Translations under genes and position numbers: made by a program
NCBI GenBank assembly: GCA_015680685.1
Contig: MNCI01001288.1
Location: 1-64,000, forward strand
Source: Gnetum montanum
Taxonomy: Eukaryota > Plantae > Gnetophyta
Length of the DNA stretch: 64,000 nt
Direction: 5' to 3'
The notes under the pieces: generated by a model
The model's database searches: none
What the model was told of the DNA's origin: nothing
What the model saw: the letters and a program-made list of their open reading frames with translations, nothing else
Shown: positions 51,762 through 64,000 of the stretch, piece after piece
Position numbering within the stretch: the stretch's first letter is position 1
How the letters are laid out: each line of letters begins with the position of its first letter

Positions 51762-53310
51762 AGCAAAATCCAAGGCCAATAATATCCAAGAACTCTCTGA
51801 AGAACTCAACAAGCCAACCATCTGATGTAGGAGCACTCCCAGCCTTCATCAAGTCCATAGCTACAAACAGCTCTGCCGCAAATGTGGGGTCAACCAAAGG
51901 CATATTATCCTTGTTGTTGAGCACCTATTGCACTCTAACTATCAAAGTGGAGGATTCTCCCCTAGCCAACACAACATTCCAAAAGGTCTATATCTCCTAG
52001 GCAATTTCCTGCAGCTGGTGGACAAACGCAAAGCCCTTGCTCAAAGACGTGATTTGCTTCCCATAGCAACTAGCCTTAGCAACCATGAAGAAGAACCACG
52101 TGTTCTTGTCCTCGTCCTTGAGCCATCAAACCCTCAACCTCTCCCGCCAATAAACTACCTCCTCCCCCACAAATGCATGTAGCTCCCATAAAAGAGATTG
52201 TTCCTCCTCAACCAATGCCTCCCCCTACTCCTACCTACATTGAACATTAGCCAACTAAGACTAGAGCCTACACTAAGATGCTCTAAAAGGGTACTTCTGA
52301 TCCAAAGGCAAGCCTTTGATCATCATTTTTAGGGAGTTGAGACCTAATTTTAGGAAATCCCTTAGGTCTAGAAAGGACACCTCATACCTATCCTAGATGC
52401 CTTCAACCATTGCCCATAGCTAGGGCTTTAGCAACCAGGCCCTTTCGAAACAGAAAGGAACTGGTGGCGGCTTCTAGGAGAGCACACAACAGCCCGATGG
52501 TCCGAAGCTTGTCGAGCTTTGTAGGTGAGCTACAACTCAAAAACCTGAAACATTTCAACATGAACCCAAGCCCAATCAATCCTAGACATCACCTTGCTCA
52601 TCCCACTCCATCTATTGCTCCAAGTAAATTGACCTCCTTGGAGTTTAAGATCAACCAAATTGTATTGCTGGAAAAACAGAAGAAACTCCTCACTACCAAG
52701 GGGAGAAATCAAATCCGACCCGCCTCTGAAGCTAGCCTTCTCCCAAGAGTGCAGCTGTTGATTAAAATCACCAATAAGGATCCATTTCCGTAGGTCTGAC
52801 ACCCTTTGAACCACCCTCATCAGTTCATGTAACTGATCTTGCCAACATTGAGGCCCATAGAAATTGGTAACCCATAGGCCATGCAAAGGAAGAAACACAG
52901 TGAGACTCTAGGGAGGCTCATCCATCAACTAAAATAGATGAAGCGACAACGTAGACAAGCCACCTGGCCTACCACAGCAATGCACAAAGGAACAATGCCA
53001 TCCCTGCCATCTGAGAAGGGAACAGTTTGATGCATTTAGTTTGGTTTCTTGAAGTCAAACCAACTCACAATTTTCCTCATGTACCAACTCCTTCAGGGTA
53101 TTGCACTTGTATGGGGTACCCTGGCCCTTGCAATTCCATGATAAAACTTTCATGGTTTGCTAGCAGACCTCTTAGTATAAACCTCCTTAAGGGTCTTCTG
53201 TGACCCAAGGTCAATCTCCAGCCAAGTCTTCTTATTCCATTGTTAAGAGTTTCAATAATTTGATTTATGAACCATTGTTGCATAAGATTCTTGTGCTTGC
53301 TGGCCACCTA
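51762..53310 (-). mobile_element. Fragment of the same L1 family (ORF1 end and ORF2 endonuclease to pre-RT linker)
   Basis: ATG 53153 MKVLSWNCKGQGTPYK, TNFYGP, WILIGDFNQ, FTWSNR, SRIDW, DGWLVEFF. Confidence 0.88.
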
Positions 53311-53399
53311 TTTGTGTAAACAAGTTTATTAATGTGCACTGTCTAATTTCTGATTTTTTCTTCTTGCTGAACCCTGAATAATATATCATTGACAATAAT

Positions 53400-54529
53400 C
53401 ATAGATTAAAATTGTAGATCAGAATCATGAGCTAAACGATTCCTAATCCTGATCCAAGAAAAAATGCATTGAATCATATCATAATCGCAATCTCATGTGT
53501 ATCATGATTCATAGAAAACTACACGTTTCAAAATCATGAGTTTAGAATCAGATCTACATGGTTCCACAATTCTGTACTCTGTTATCATGACCTATCATGA
53601 GTTTAGAATCAGATCTACATGGTTCCACACTTCTGTACTTTGTTATCATGACCTATCTGCATGTATGTCATCCTGCAATCAATTTCATCCAACAAAACCA
53701 GCCAACTTGAGTGAAACATGAATGTATATGGTGGTGTAAGTGCTTCAAGAAGTGCATCAATGATTTTGACACCATCTGCAATTGAGTTGGTAGCATAACC
53801 ATGAAGATTCTCAGAATTTAGCACTGATGATAGTTCTTTGATTCTTACTTGGCAGTTTGGGCATTCATAGGCAGTGCAACATGAGTATGACTATGGATGC
53901 CTAGCAATGTTGAAGCCTTTAGCTAGAACAATGACACAGATATTTAACATCATTACTGCTAGTCTGCCATAGTTGTCAATGCAATTTATGTATACCCTAC
54001 CCATGTGTGAAACCTTTAATGGATTCCACGTTGCAAATGAGGCTGCAGTAGCATGAAAACAAGAAGTCTTACCTCCCTCACTTGTGCAGATGCACTTGCA
54101 CACACACATTTACTTCATACTTTACTCTTCAGCATTGTGTTGCCTATTGGGCTGGATTTTGTGGGCATTTCTCTTCTTGATGTGTTTGCTGCATGAAATT
54201 GAGGCCTATATTCTAACACTTATACTCTTTCTTGTTTGATCTCTCGATAAATCATGAGCATGCTGAGACTAAACAAAAATTTCTCATTTTCAACATTGTT
54301 GAATTATCGATGGTGGTTTTGGTAGGTACTTGATTTCTTACTGTATCTTTTTTGAATATTTTTGTTAACAAAAGTGTTTGTTATTGTAAAAATACTTAAA
54401 ATCTTTGTTTTAAATTGTTTTCTACTTGTACAATTCTACGTGATTCCAATTATGATTCTAAGTGATCCATGATCCAGAATCTTTTGCTTAAAAGACGATC
54501 CATGGTCTGATCTGCATTTTTAATCCATG
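53400..54529. mobile_element. Non-autonomous hAT DNA transposon
   Basis: Imperfect ~24-bp TIRs (CATAGATTAAAATTGTAGATCAGA / reverse complement CATGGATTAAAAATGCAGATCAGA) and a perfect 8-bp TSD ACAATAAT (53392-53399 / 54530-54537). Confidence 0.88.
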
Positions 54530-55799
54530 ACAATAATATATTGTGAATAAATGAAGAAACTGCTACATTATTCTATATTTGAATTAGCAATTTGTCAAGT
54601 ACATGAATATATGTTTCCCTTCAGTTTGACTTTCCATATGACTGATTACATTTTGGTTGTGCATAATTTCAGTTTGCTAAAGTAAATTGATTTAATTAAT
54701 TAACCTCTTGCTGAGGTAGATGGTTATCAAGACGATTTTGTGTTGTAGATGTTTTGACATTTGTTTAGCACCTTGGTTGCATAGTGTATTAAGAGATGTC
54801 AATCATCATATTGGCATTCTCTTCCTATTAGATCCTTGATCCATTCTTTGCATCATATAATTTTCCTTGTGTTGGCACAAGATTATGACCCTGGCCAGAA
54901 CAGTTTGGATTGCTCGTTTTAGGTAGTTGCTTGCTGGTGGCTCCACCAAGGCACAGATACCTCCAAATAGTTTTTGCTGTTTTAATGAGCTAATTATGGC
55001 TTTGATCTTATATTCTCAAGTTGGTTCCTATAGATTAAAAGTAGTATCTTTATTTATAATTACTAATGATGAGCTTCCTCTTCTAGTTATGCCAATAAAC
55101 AGACAATTTTATAGAATTCACACTCTAGAAATTTGAGCTATCTGCTAACACACTTCCCAAAAACTATATTTTCACAAAAGTAATGCTCCACAGAACCGAA
55201 ATCTTAGATTTACTGATTATTCATAAAGCTCAAACTTATATTTATAATGACAACAATTCCACACTAAAACTCATTAAGAACCAATACTTATGAAAGCTAT
55301 CTCATTCAATGAGTGTAACAAAAATAAGCTAAAGCTTCATGATTCAAAAAAATAGCTTATTCCAAAATTTTCATTTATTGAAACATAGCTATGTACAGAT
55401 TTAGCTAAACAATTAAAAATTTATCTAAAATAACAAGATAAGAGAACAGACAAAATAGGAAAGCTGAACTTGTTTTAGAAGGCTATTACAAAAACCATCT
55501 TTACATGCCTTTTTCCAAAAAATTGTTTCACCCCCTCCCAAAAAGAAAAAAGAAAAAAGAGCCTAGTCTTATCCCCTTAGAGCTTTATATAGTAGCTCTG
55601 AACGGTTACAATAGTTACAAAAAATCAGGGCTTAAATAAATTTTACGGTTTCCTCATATAGTTGTAAACCGTTAGACAGTTGCTGAGCTGTCTCAAAAGC
55701 TATTTTAATTTTTTGAATTTGTTGGCCTTCTATTGGTAGCTGCTAGGAGATTTGGCCATAATTGCACAGGACTCTAATAGCTTGATTCAGTGTATTTGG

Positions 55800-58434
55800 C
55801 TATGATTGATCTAGCCCTTTTATTCTCTGATCTACCTCCACCTCACTAGCTCCCAATTCAGTTAACAAATTAATTATCTCATTCAGAGCTACTCTTGCCA
55901 AAGAACAAGCCAGCTCCAATTTTAGCTTCTTTTGATTAATTTCAGTCATTATCCTTGCCACTGCCATCATGGAGTTGTCTAGAGAATCCCTCTTGAATGA
56001 TGGCAGTTTTTCTCTCATTTTGGTGGCTGTTCTCACTAAATCTTGAGCTCTTTGGTCAATCTGTACAAATATTGCTTGATTTCTTTTAGCTGCTTCAATT
56101 TCTGCTTGAGTCTTTTTTTAACCATTCTTTTTTGAAATTGATTTTAGTCATTAGCTCTTGAAAGCTTTGCTGTAGGAGGTAGGCATGGTCTGAAACTTTC
56201 AATTTCTTGGCTTCTTCTAGCTCCACGCTTACAATAGCTGATCTCTCTTCTAACTCCAAGCTAGCTTGTTCTTTATTTTTCAGCAGCAAATCTTTGATTA
56301 TGATTGTGGCCTTGAGTTGTTCATTTAAATCATTGGAATTCTTGAGCTCTTCGTTGAACCTTTTTATTTCTTGTTTGTTTTGCACTAAGAATTCCTTTAG
56401 CTTTGCTATTCTATTATCAACCACTTGCCCCATGTCTCTGATTAATGTAGCTATTATTTCTGACCTGTCTTAATGTGTTATTATTAGCTTTTGTCCTCCA
56501 GTTAGAGGGTCATCTTCTTTATACGGAAAAATAACGTTCATTTTAGTCTCTGGCTTGGTTTGAAATATCTGGCTTAAAATGATTCTCCCTTCTTTTTCTT
56601 TCACTTTGAAGGGCCTAGTTTCTCCTTGCATCAAATATCTAGAAGGGAAGTATAGTGTAGTCAAAACTAGTGATGAGCTCTTAGTGTCTTTTTGTTGTTC
56701 TTCTTGGTGCTGCTGTTGCAGCTCTAATAGCTTTTGCTACTACTCTAGTAGCTCCTTTTGTTGTTGTTTTCGTAGCTCCTGTTGTTGCTTTTCTTTATTA
56801 GCTCTTATTCTTTCAATCCTGATTTTCTTGGCTCCTTGAGCTCTTGCATATTCAGCACTGCTGGGTGGGAATTTTTCATCCGATATAGCTTCCTTAGGGT
56901 TATCAAGCTTCTAAGAAAAATAGTTCTCTTCCATATCAGCCATGTATTCTTATAGAAAGTCTTGGGCTAAAACATAGTCTACTCTCTATCCATTTGTGGG
57001 CTTCTATAGTAGGTTGATCACATGAGGATGCTGGGAGCTTCATCGACAAGCTTCTTCTTAATGTCCTTGTGCTTCATTTTTGACTTGATTCACTCCCCAG
57101 TTTGAAGCTCTTTGATATACCACATTTGTCTCATCGAGTTAATGCACCTTGCTGGTTCTTGTGGCTAAATAGATTCTTTTGGGAGCTACTAGAAGATCAC
57201 ATTGCTCTTTATATCTCTTGGCCATGCATTTAAGGTGTCCTACATTATTAAACTCCCAAAAGTCAAAAATAAAAGGAAAAACCTCCTTGTGTTTATAATC
57301 ATGCCTGAGTGGGTTTTCCCATATTTGTCTTCCTACTTCCAATGTTGCCAAGTATGGAGGTACAAGTCTTGGGAGTTTATAGGCCTGGCCTTCAAATCCT
57401 ACTATTAAAATCTGGGTATAATGGGCATGAAGAAAAACAGCTCCATGGCACTTATATTTGTTGGTCCATTCTATGTGAGAGAGCTTCTAAAATGAACTTG
57501 AACAAATGGGATTACACACAATTCATCAACAATTCCAAGGCCTGAACATCAAAATAACTTTGGCCAAGCTCTTCGCTGCAAGCTATACCCAACAAAAATT
57601 GATGTTGTACATTCTAGCTTTGGCACATCACTCAACATAGTCCATGAGAAATGAGCTTAAACTTAGTTGAGTTCCTTGTTCATGAATTTTGGACAAGCTT
57701 TCTTGCAGAACATCATTCATATATTGAACTGGAAAGAAGTTTCTAGCATATGTTAAAGCTACCCAAGCTCAAACATGATAATCCCCAGCAGAGTTAATTT
57801 GCTAGCCTATACAGAAATTAAAAACTAAAATGAAAATTCTGTGAGGGAACCTGAGCTCATTTGCCTTTGGGATGGTATTTCTATATCCCCATGCCTTCGC
57901 AAGCTATGCCAGTGGAAGCTTCACAACCTTTCTTGTGTGTAGATGCGACCAAAATCTGTTGCTAAGCACCTCTTCATTAAACTGTTGAGCTTCTCCTTCG
58001 CTAATATCAAGCTCGATGATGCCATAAAGCTCATATGCCTTTCTAGCAGTGATGTCAATAAATCGCTCTATGTTTCCTTTAGAACAGAGTTTATCTTTCT
58101 CATAGACTATTTTGGCTATCAAGCAATTAATAACATCACTTATCAAATTTGCTCTTGATATGAATCCAAGCTTGTGAAGCCCTATTTTCTCATAGACATT
58201 ACACTAGTCCTCCTTAGTCTCCAAACTTGCAAGCCCTAATTTTTCAACTAGGTCATATTCCTTATCTAAGTCAAAGAATTCTCATTCATCTTGCTCAAGC
58301 TGTAGATGTGTGATGTCTATCCATTGATGCAGTTGAAAAATATTGAGCTTGAATGGCTGCAAGTAATTTGAGAAGCTAAAAGTGTCCACATCTTAGAACT
58401 TCTGTGGAGCTTCTTCTCTCTCTTTGTGGGACAT
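55800..58434 (-). pseudogene. Retrotransposon accessory protein, plant-mobile-domain-like N-terminal half plus C-terminal coiled coil
   Basis: GLHKLGF..ISDVINCLIAKIVYEKD..IDITARKAYELYGI; SSFLM; YTQILIVGFEGQAYKLPRLVPPYLATLEVGRQ; coiled-coil ORFs 55800-56433. Domain name is inferred. Confidence 0.6.
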
Positions 58435-58929
58435 GTTTGAAACTAAAATTCTTTGAAATGGCTTGAACTGAAAATCCTCTTGCAGTTTAAAATGCTAAGT
58501 CTCAGCTTCACAATGTAGCTCTTTCTTTGTTCTGTAACTATGCTCTGTATTAGCTTTTGTGATTCAAAACTTAGCATAGCTCTATCAATTAATACTTGTA
58601 AGCTTCAGTCCTGATTCACTTGCTTGGAGGCAAGTTGTTGGAATTAGTAATTGATATCTGTTTCAAATTTCTGCATATTCTTAAATTTACTGAGCTACTC
58701 CTTTGATACCATTAATGTCCACGAGCCTTTGGTATGAATAGCTTTGCTTTTAGTTTCCAATGCTTAATCTAGCTTTCATCAATTTGGCTCTTTTCTTTGT
58801 CTTAAGATAATCACGCATTAGTAAGAGCTAATGAGCTGATGTGTCATTGTGAGTAAAAAGATTTTGTAAAACTAAATTTGGTTCCACATACTAAGCTTTT
58901 CAGTTTTCCTTTTTACTCACATAATGTGC

Positions 58930-61900
58930 TGATGTGGTTCATAGAACCAATTTTATAAGCTTTTTGTAGCTTGCATGGCTTTTTAAATTATTTTCATAAT
59001 ATATATTCAGCTCAAGTCTTTCAAAATCTTGTTTATGTTGATCTTTGTTTGGCTTTAATTTGCTGAGCCAGATTCAAATCACAGTTAAGCATGTGTGCAA
59101 ATCATGCTTATTACTTCATCATGGGCCCCATGTTTGTGGCGTAGAATTTCAGCTTTCAAATAGAACTCTTTTAGGGTTCTACAAGCTTACGTGGCTTCTA
59201 GAACCAATTTGTAGAACCTCTTTTTGGTTCTACAAACTTCTCTTTTTGGCTTCTAGAACCAATTGTAGAACCTCTCTTACTAAGTGCTAACGTGATTCAT
59301 AGAACCAATCTAGAGCTTGCTCATTGACCTAATTTTTGGTTATACAAACCACTCGCTACTTCTGAGCTTACATGGAAAATGAGACAAACTTCATTCCTAG
59401 AACCTTTTTTTTTTTTTTTCTTTTGAGAAAGTAGTCGGGATTATATTACTGAAAAACACAAAATACGTTACAAGAGATTACAAGTGGTGGGCCATCAAGA
59501 ATGGCCCGTCCAAGAGAGGGGATGAGCCCCAAATTAATCAATACATCTCCCAAGACAGCAAAAACAGTCCCTGGCAAGATATTCAAAACTTGTATCACGC
59601 GGTTTTTAACTTGTTCATCCACATTAATGAAGTGCGGCAATAGTGTTGCATTAAGTCCATGGCGATGATGAAGAGGAGGGGTGAGAGCGGGTCCCCTTGC
59701 CTCAACCCCCGACCAGGGGTGGACCCCCCACCCCACATCAAAGGAAAAACCGGCCGAGGACTGCAAGTGAATGCACAATTGGATGAACTGCAGATCAAAC
59801 CCCTTCAGGTGCATAATGGATTGCAATGCCTCCCAGCTGAGCGTGTCATATGCCTTAGTGATGTCAAGCTTGAGGCAGAGCCCGGGGAAGCCCAAATCTC
59901 GAAGCAAATGAAGCACCTCCTACATAAGGAGGATCTGGTCCTAAATGGCCCGTCCTTGCACAAAACCCGCCTAGTTGATCCCCGCAAGCCTGGGCAGGAG
60001 CGGTACAAGCCTATGCACCAGCAACTTAGAGAAGATCCGGACGAGCACATTGCAAACTCCGATAGGGCGGAAGTGCTCAGGGCGGTGTGTGTCAGACTGC
60101 TTCGGAATGCACACAATATGGGGGCAGTTGAGTTCCCTTCGGATTTGTCTCCTGGCCAGCATGATGTTAAACGCATCTAGAATATTGGGTCCCACAATAT
60201 CTAGAAACATCTTTAAAAATTCAAGGCTCCAGCCGTTAGGACCAAGTGCTTTTCCTCCCGGCATGCTATTGATTGTAGCCGTGAGTTCCTGCCAAGAGAA
60301 AGGGGCTAGCAGCCATACGTTGTCATGCCCGCTCAGCACTCGCAGTACGTGGATCGAGATTGGCCTGGTGGGGCGCTTGGCCCAGATCCCACTCCAGTAT
60401 TGCGTCAGCTCGTGTGCAATGTGCTGCAGATCATCAATTGTCTCCCCATCCTGGCTACGGAGACATCGTGGCTGACTCCCCCCCCCCCCCCCCNNNNNNN
60501 NNNGAAGAATCTGGTTTGTCTGTCTCCCTCCCTGATCCATCGGACCCGGGAGTGTTGCCGCCAGTATGTCTCCTCTTCCCGATCAAGGGACTAAAGCTAA
60601 CGCAAGGTGTGCTGCTCCTCCGTGTGCAGGTCCTCACCTACCTCCTGCCGGGTCTAAATCCGGCCAAGCTGGTCACAGAGCATCCGCAGGCCCATTCGAA
60701 AGGAGAACTTATCATCCACAGGTAGGGCCCTGATGGCCCACTTCAGCCGAAGTAAGGCCTCCCTAAGGAAGTTCCATGGGTCCCCCTGGCCAGGCTAATA
60801 GTCCGCCCAGATCTCCTCCACCAACGGCCTCAACCACAGCTTGGCTAACCAAGCCGCTTCGAAGCGGAACAAACGTGGGGCCCTGGGTTTATCCGGCCTG
60901 ATCGAACAAGTCAGCGAACAGTGGTCGGAAGCGACCCTCTCCTGCCCCGAGACACAAATAGAGGAATGAAGGAGGAGGTCAGCGCTGACGCAAACCCGAT
61001 CAATTCGGGTGAGGATGTAGTCTGGGCCTTTTCTTCGATTACTCCACGCGAAACAGCAGTTCTCAATGGGCAGGTCGACCAGGGAGAAGGTTGCCAAAAA
61101 AGTTTGGAATTCAGTCGCTCCCGGTGGAAGGGGGGGTAGCCCCCCCAAACTTCTCCCAAGGGTGGAGGCGTTGGTTGAAGTCCCCCACCACCATCCATGA
61201 TCGATGGTCTAGAATCAGCGCCGCCACCTGGGTCAACTCGTGTAGCCGCTGCTCCCAGTTCTGTGCCCCGTAAAAATTAGTCAACCAAACCCCTTGTGAG
61301 GGGAGCTAGACAGTGATGGCCCATTGCGATGCATCTATGAGATTCATGGCGCAGCGGGCTAGAATGGCGAGGCCATCGGCTCGGCCCAAGCAGGGGTGCA
61401 CGTGGGCGGTCCACCCTTCCCAGTGGAGGAAGTGCAACTTCGTTGCCTGCAGCTTGGTCTCCTGGAGACAGACAATATCACAATCTTCATCGCGAACAAT
61501 TCTGCGCAGGGTATTTCTTTTGTAGGGAGTACCCTGTCCCCTGCAGTTCCAACTGAACAACTTCATGGGAGACTGGGGGTGCGGCGCTAGTAAACCTCCC
61601 GAAGGGTCTGTTGGAGCCCCATGTCGATGTTCCGTTGGGTCAGCTTGTCTCTAGCCAGATTCTCGGTCGGCCGCCCAGGGCAGCCTTCGCCACCGCACAT
61701 CACCAGGTTGCATGCAGGTTCTTCGGGTGTGGTTGCTGGCCCCTATTGCCTACGGGGTTTGGAGCTCCCCCGCACCACATTAACCCATTCGCCAAGAGGG
61801 GGAGTTCAATCTCGATTTCTCTTGGGGTGGTGGGTAATGGCGACCGGGGGGGTTCGGGAGGGGTCTGGGGTGGTGTTNNNNNNNNNNNNNNNNNNNNNNN

Positions 61901-63862
61901 NNNNNNNNNNNNNNNNNNNNNNNNNNNNNNNNNNNNNNNNNNNNNNNNNNNNNNNNNNNNNNNNNNNNNNNNNNNNNNNNNNNNNNNNNNNNNNNNNNNN
62001 NNNNNNNNNNNNNNNNNNNNNNNNNNNNNNNNNNNNNNNNNNNNNNNNNNNNNNNNNNNNNNNNNNNNNNNNNNNNNNNNNNNNNNNNNNNNNNNNNNNN
62101 NNNNNNNNNNNNNNGGGGGGGCTGGGCTTGGGGGGCAGTGTGTTGGAGGTCAGGCGTATCTGGCCCTTACGGCCCATGGTGATCCATGCGCCCCCTTCGA
62201 ACAGTTGTCTGGCCTGGGCCCTTGGTTTTTGTGGCTACGGCCCCTGCACCCGACAAGCCGCTTCCTGATGGCCAGGGTTTCCACAGCGCACGCAACCGGT
62301 TGTGTGGTTTCCCTAGGTTGTAGGACTATGTTTGGGGCCCGCCGCCGCCTCCAGGTTCTCAAACTCAACCTGGAGTTTTTCTTCCCCCTTGGGGAGTTCC
62401 AAGACAACCTCACGAATAAGGTCCTTCTCCAGCAACCGATGCCAAATGCAGAAGCGGGCGAAGCCCATGTGTTCCATTGACTGTGTAACCCGGTCGAAGG
62501 CGATGAATTCGCCAAAGAATCCTGCGATAGAACTAATACACGCTTTTGGGTAGAATTGCCTTTTTGGTTTTATAAGCTCACTTTACATCGACACCTAAGC
62601 TTGCTCGTAGAACCATTCTTTTAACTTCTTTGTAGAACCATTTTTCGGTTCTACAAACCTTCTTCAATATTAGGAGCTAACGTTGTAGAACCGATTTAGA
62701 GCTAGCTTGTAGAACCAATTTTTTTGGTTCTACAAACCACACTTTAATTTTAAGCTTATGTGGCTTCCAATGATATGAACAAGCTTCTTCCTCATAGAAC
62801 CTAGCTTTTCACTTCTGCTAGATCATAGCTAGCTAACGTGGTAGAACCAAGAATGAGCTCATTCTACAAGTTTGAACTCTATGAACTTACGTTTCTTATA
62901 AAAATGAATTATACTTTCTCATAGAGCTAAGTTTTTGGCTCTACAAAGCTCATCTTTTTTATGGTAGATGTCTTGAGCTTTTTTAAGAATCAATTATATT
63001 CCTCCTTATAGAACCTAATCTTTGGTTCTATAAACCAAGCTTCCATTATTCAATCCGTGTGGCATATAATATGAGCTTTACTTGTAGAACGGATTTGGTG
63101 TTCCCTTATAGAACTAAATTTTGGGTGTTCGAACCTTCATTAATAAGGCTTGCAATGACGTGGAACTGAGCTTCAAGCCTTTAGTCAATTGACATGGTAG
63201 AATTGATTTTTGGTTCGTTTGTAGAACTGATTTTTGATTCTACAAGCTTACCAATTCCATGAGCCAACGTGGTTCATAGAACCAAATTTAAAAATTTGTG
63301 ATTTTTAATAGAGCCAAGTTTTGGTTCTACCAAGCTTTTCTTCTCTGAATCCAATGTGGCAAATAACATGAGCTTTCTTTGTAGAACCAATATTTGGTTC
63401 AATAAGCCTTTTTAGATATAGCTCATGATGGCGTGGATCAATGCTTTTTCACTTAAACTTTGTAGAATAGAAATTTAAGCCTTTCGTACTTAAGCACCCA
63501 TGTAAATATTGACACATCACTAGCTAACATAGTAGAACTGAATTTAGGTTTGTTCGTAGAACCGATTTTTGGTTCTATGAACCTTTCATTAAAGGAGATT
63601 CTTCCTTCAAGCTATACTGGGCTTCTGATCTCATAAACTTTCTTACTGCATAAGCCAACTTCTGTTATCCGATATGGCAATTCGTCCTTAAAATCAAATT
63701 ATAAGTCTGCAAGATCTTTATTTTAACAAATGCTCATCAGATTTTTTAAAAAAAAACTGATTAAGGTGCAATCTTTTCTATTTTCAGCCTAAACATATTA
63801 TCTTAAATCCGACATGGAAAAAGGCAGAACCAAAGGAGCTTGAACCGAAATCTGGTTCTAAG
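58930..63862. repeat. Dispersed array of AGAACC-N7-GGTTCT palindromes and half sites, interrupted by a LINE
   Basis: Examples near 59213, 62634, 62711 (N9), 63010 (N8), 63310, 63383, 63558 and 63841. Confidence 0.85.
59405..62550 (-). mobile_element. Young GC-rich L1 copy, 5'-truncated and internally deleted
   Basis: Poly(T) at 59405-59420; ORF2 ATG 61566 MKLFSWNCRGQG; LKLDITKAYD, GLRQGDPLSPLLF; partial ORF1 up to 62550; possible TSD TAGAA(TTG)CCTTTT. Confidence 0.92.
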
Positions 63863-64000
63863 CTTAAACAAATGGGCCCATCAGAAAATAAATATACTTA
63901 ACTGAACAATAATTTTTGGGATCCACTAAATTAGATAATACCCATAGCTGCAAATTGATCCCAGGACCTTAGCTTGATTAAACAGTCTCTTTGTACTAAT

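Larger units (their letters stand above)
55145..64000 (-). mobile_element. 3' portion of a large LTR-retrotransposon-like element (accessory ORF, palindrome-rich spacer, LTR-like end)
   Basis: Long degraded ORF followed on minus by a TATA box (CTATATAAAG near 55582-55591) and a CA end near 55144. No gag or pol in the window and no clear PPT, so class and boundaries are inferred. Confidence 0.55.

Noticed and set aside
57808-57852. Intron in the accessory ORF
   Set aside because: Only about 44 nt long, and the segment translates in frame (RFPHRIFILVFNFCIG).
58698-58711. tRNA-Met PBS (TGGTATCAAAGG on minus) or an endogenous caulimovirus origin
   Set aside because: No matching LTR end adjacent, and no movement protein, coat protein or RT motifs downstream; may be chance or vestigial.
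59190-59262. Heat-shock elements in the palindrome array
   Set aside because: Only isolated TTCTAGAA two-unit matches; the dominant motif spacing does not fit nGAAn triplets.

Overview
Repeat-saturated intergenic and intronic DNA from a large-genome land plant (draft assembly with N gaps). The only host gene is the last two exons of an At3g49140/At3g59300-like split-barrel (DUF2470-type) gene on the minus strand (40851-40946, 39155-39241). Its upstream intron appears to run past the end of the window. Almost everything else is transposable element. (i) The 3' end of a Tat/Ogre-type Ty3/Gypsy element (1-5907), whose putative 2.9-kb 3' LTR holds about 1.7 kb of captured host-gene fragments (NAC, type I MADS-box, DUF1685 and unidentified pieces). 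(ii) Three complete pol-less Athila-like elements with perfect 5-bp TSDs (8698-14928, 16358-24500, 29976-36064) and a related solo LTR (49505-50380). They encode gag plus an accessory ORF with a conserved splice acceptor and, in one copy, its own LTR-like internal promoter. (iii) A degenerate tRNA-Met-primed gag-only element (~25640-29068). (iv) Four pieces of one L1-clade LINE family that appears to carry a third ORF. (v) A non-autonomous hAT element with an 8-bp TSD. (vi) The 3' part of another large LTR element with a long accessory ORF, a micro-inversion and a 5-kb array of AGAACC-N7-GGTTCT palindromes. All family assignments come from motif recognition by eye; no database searches were run.
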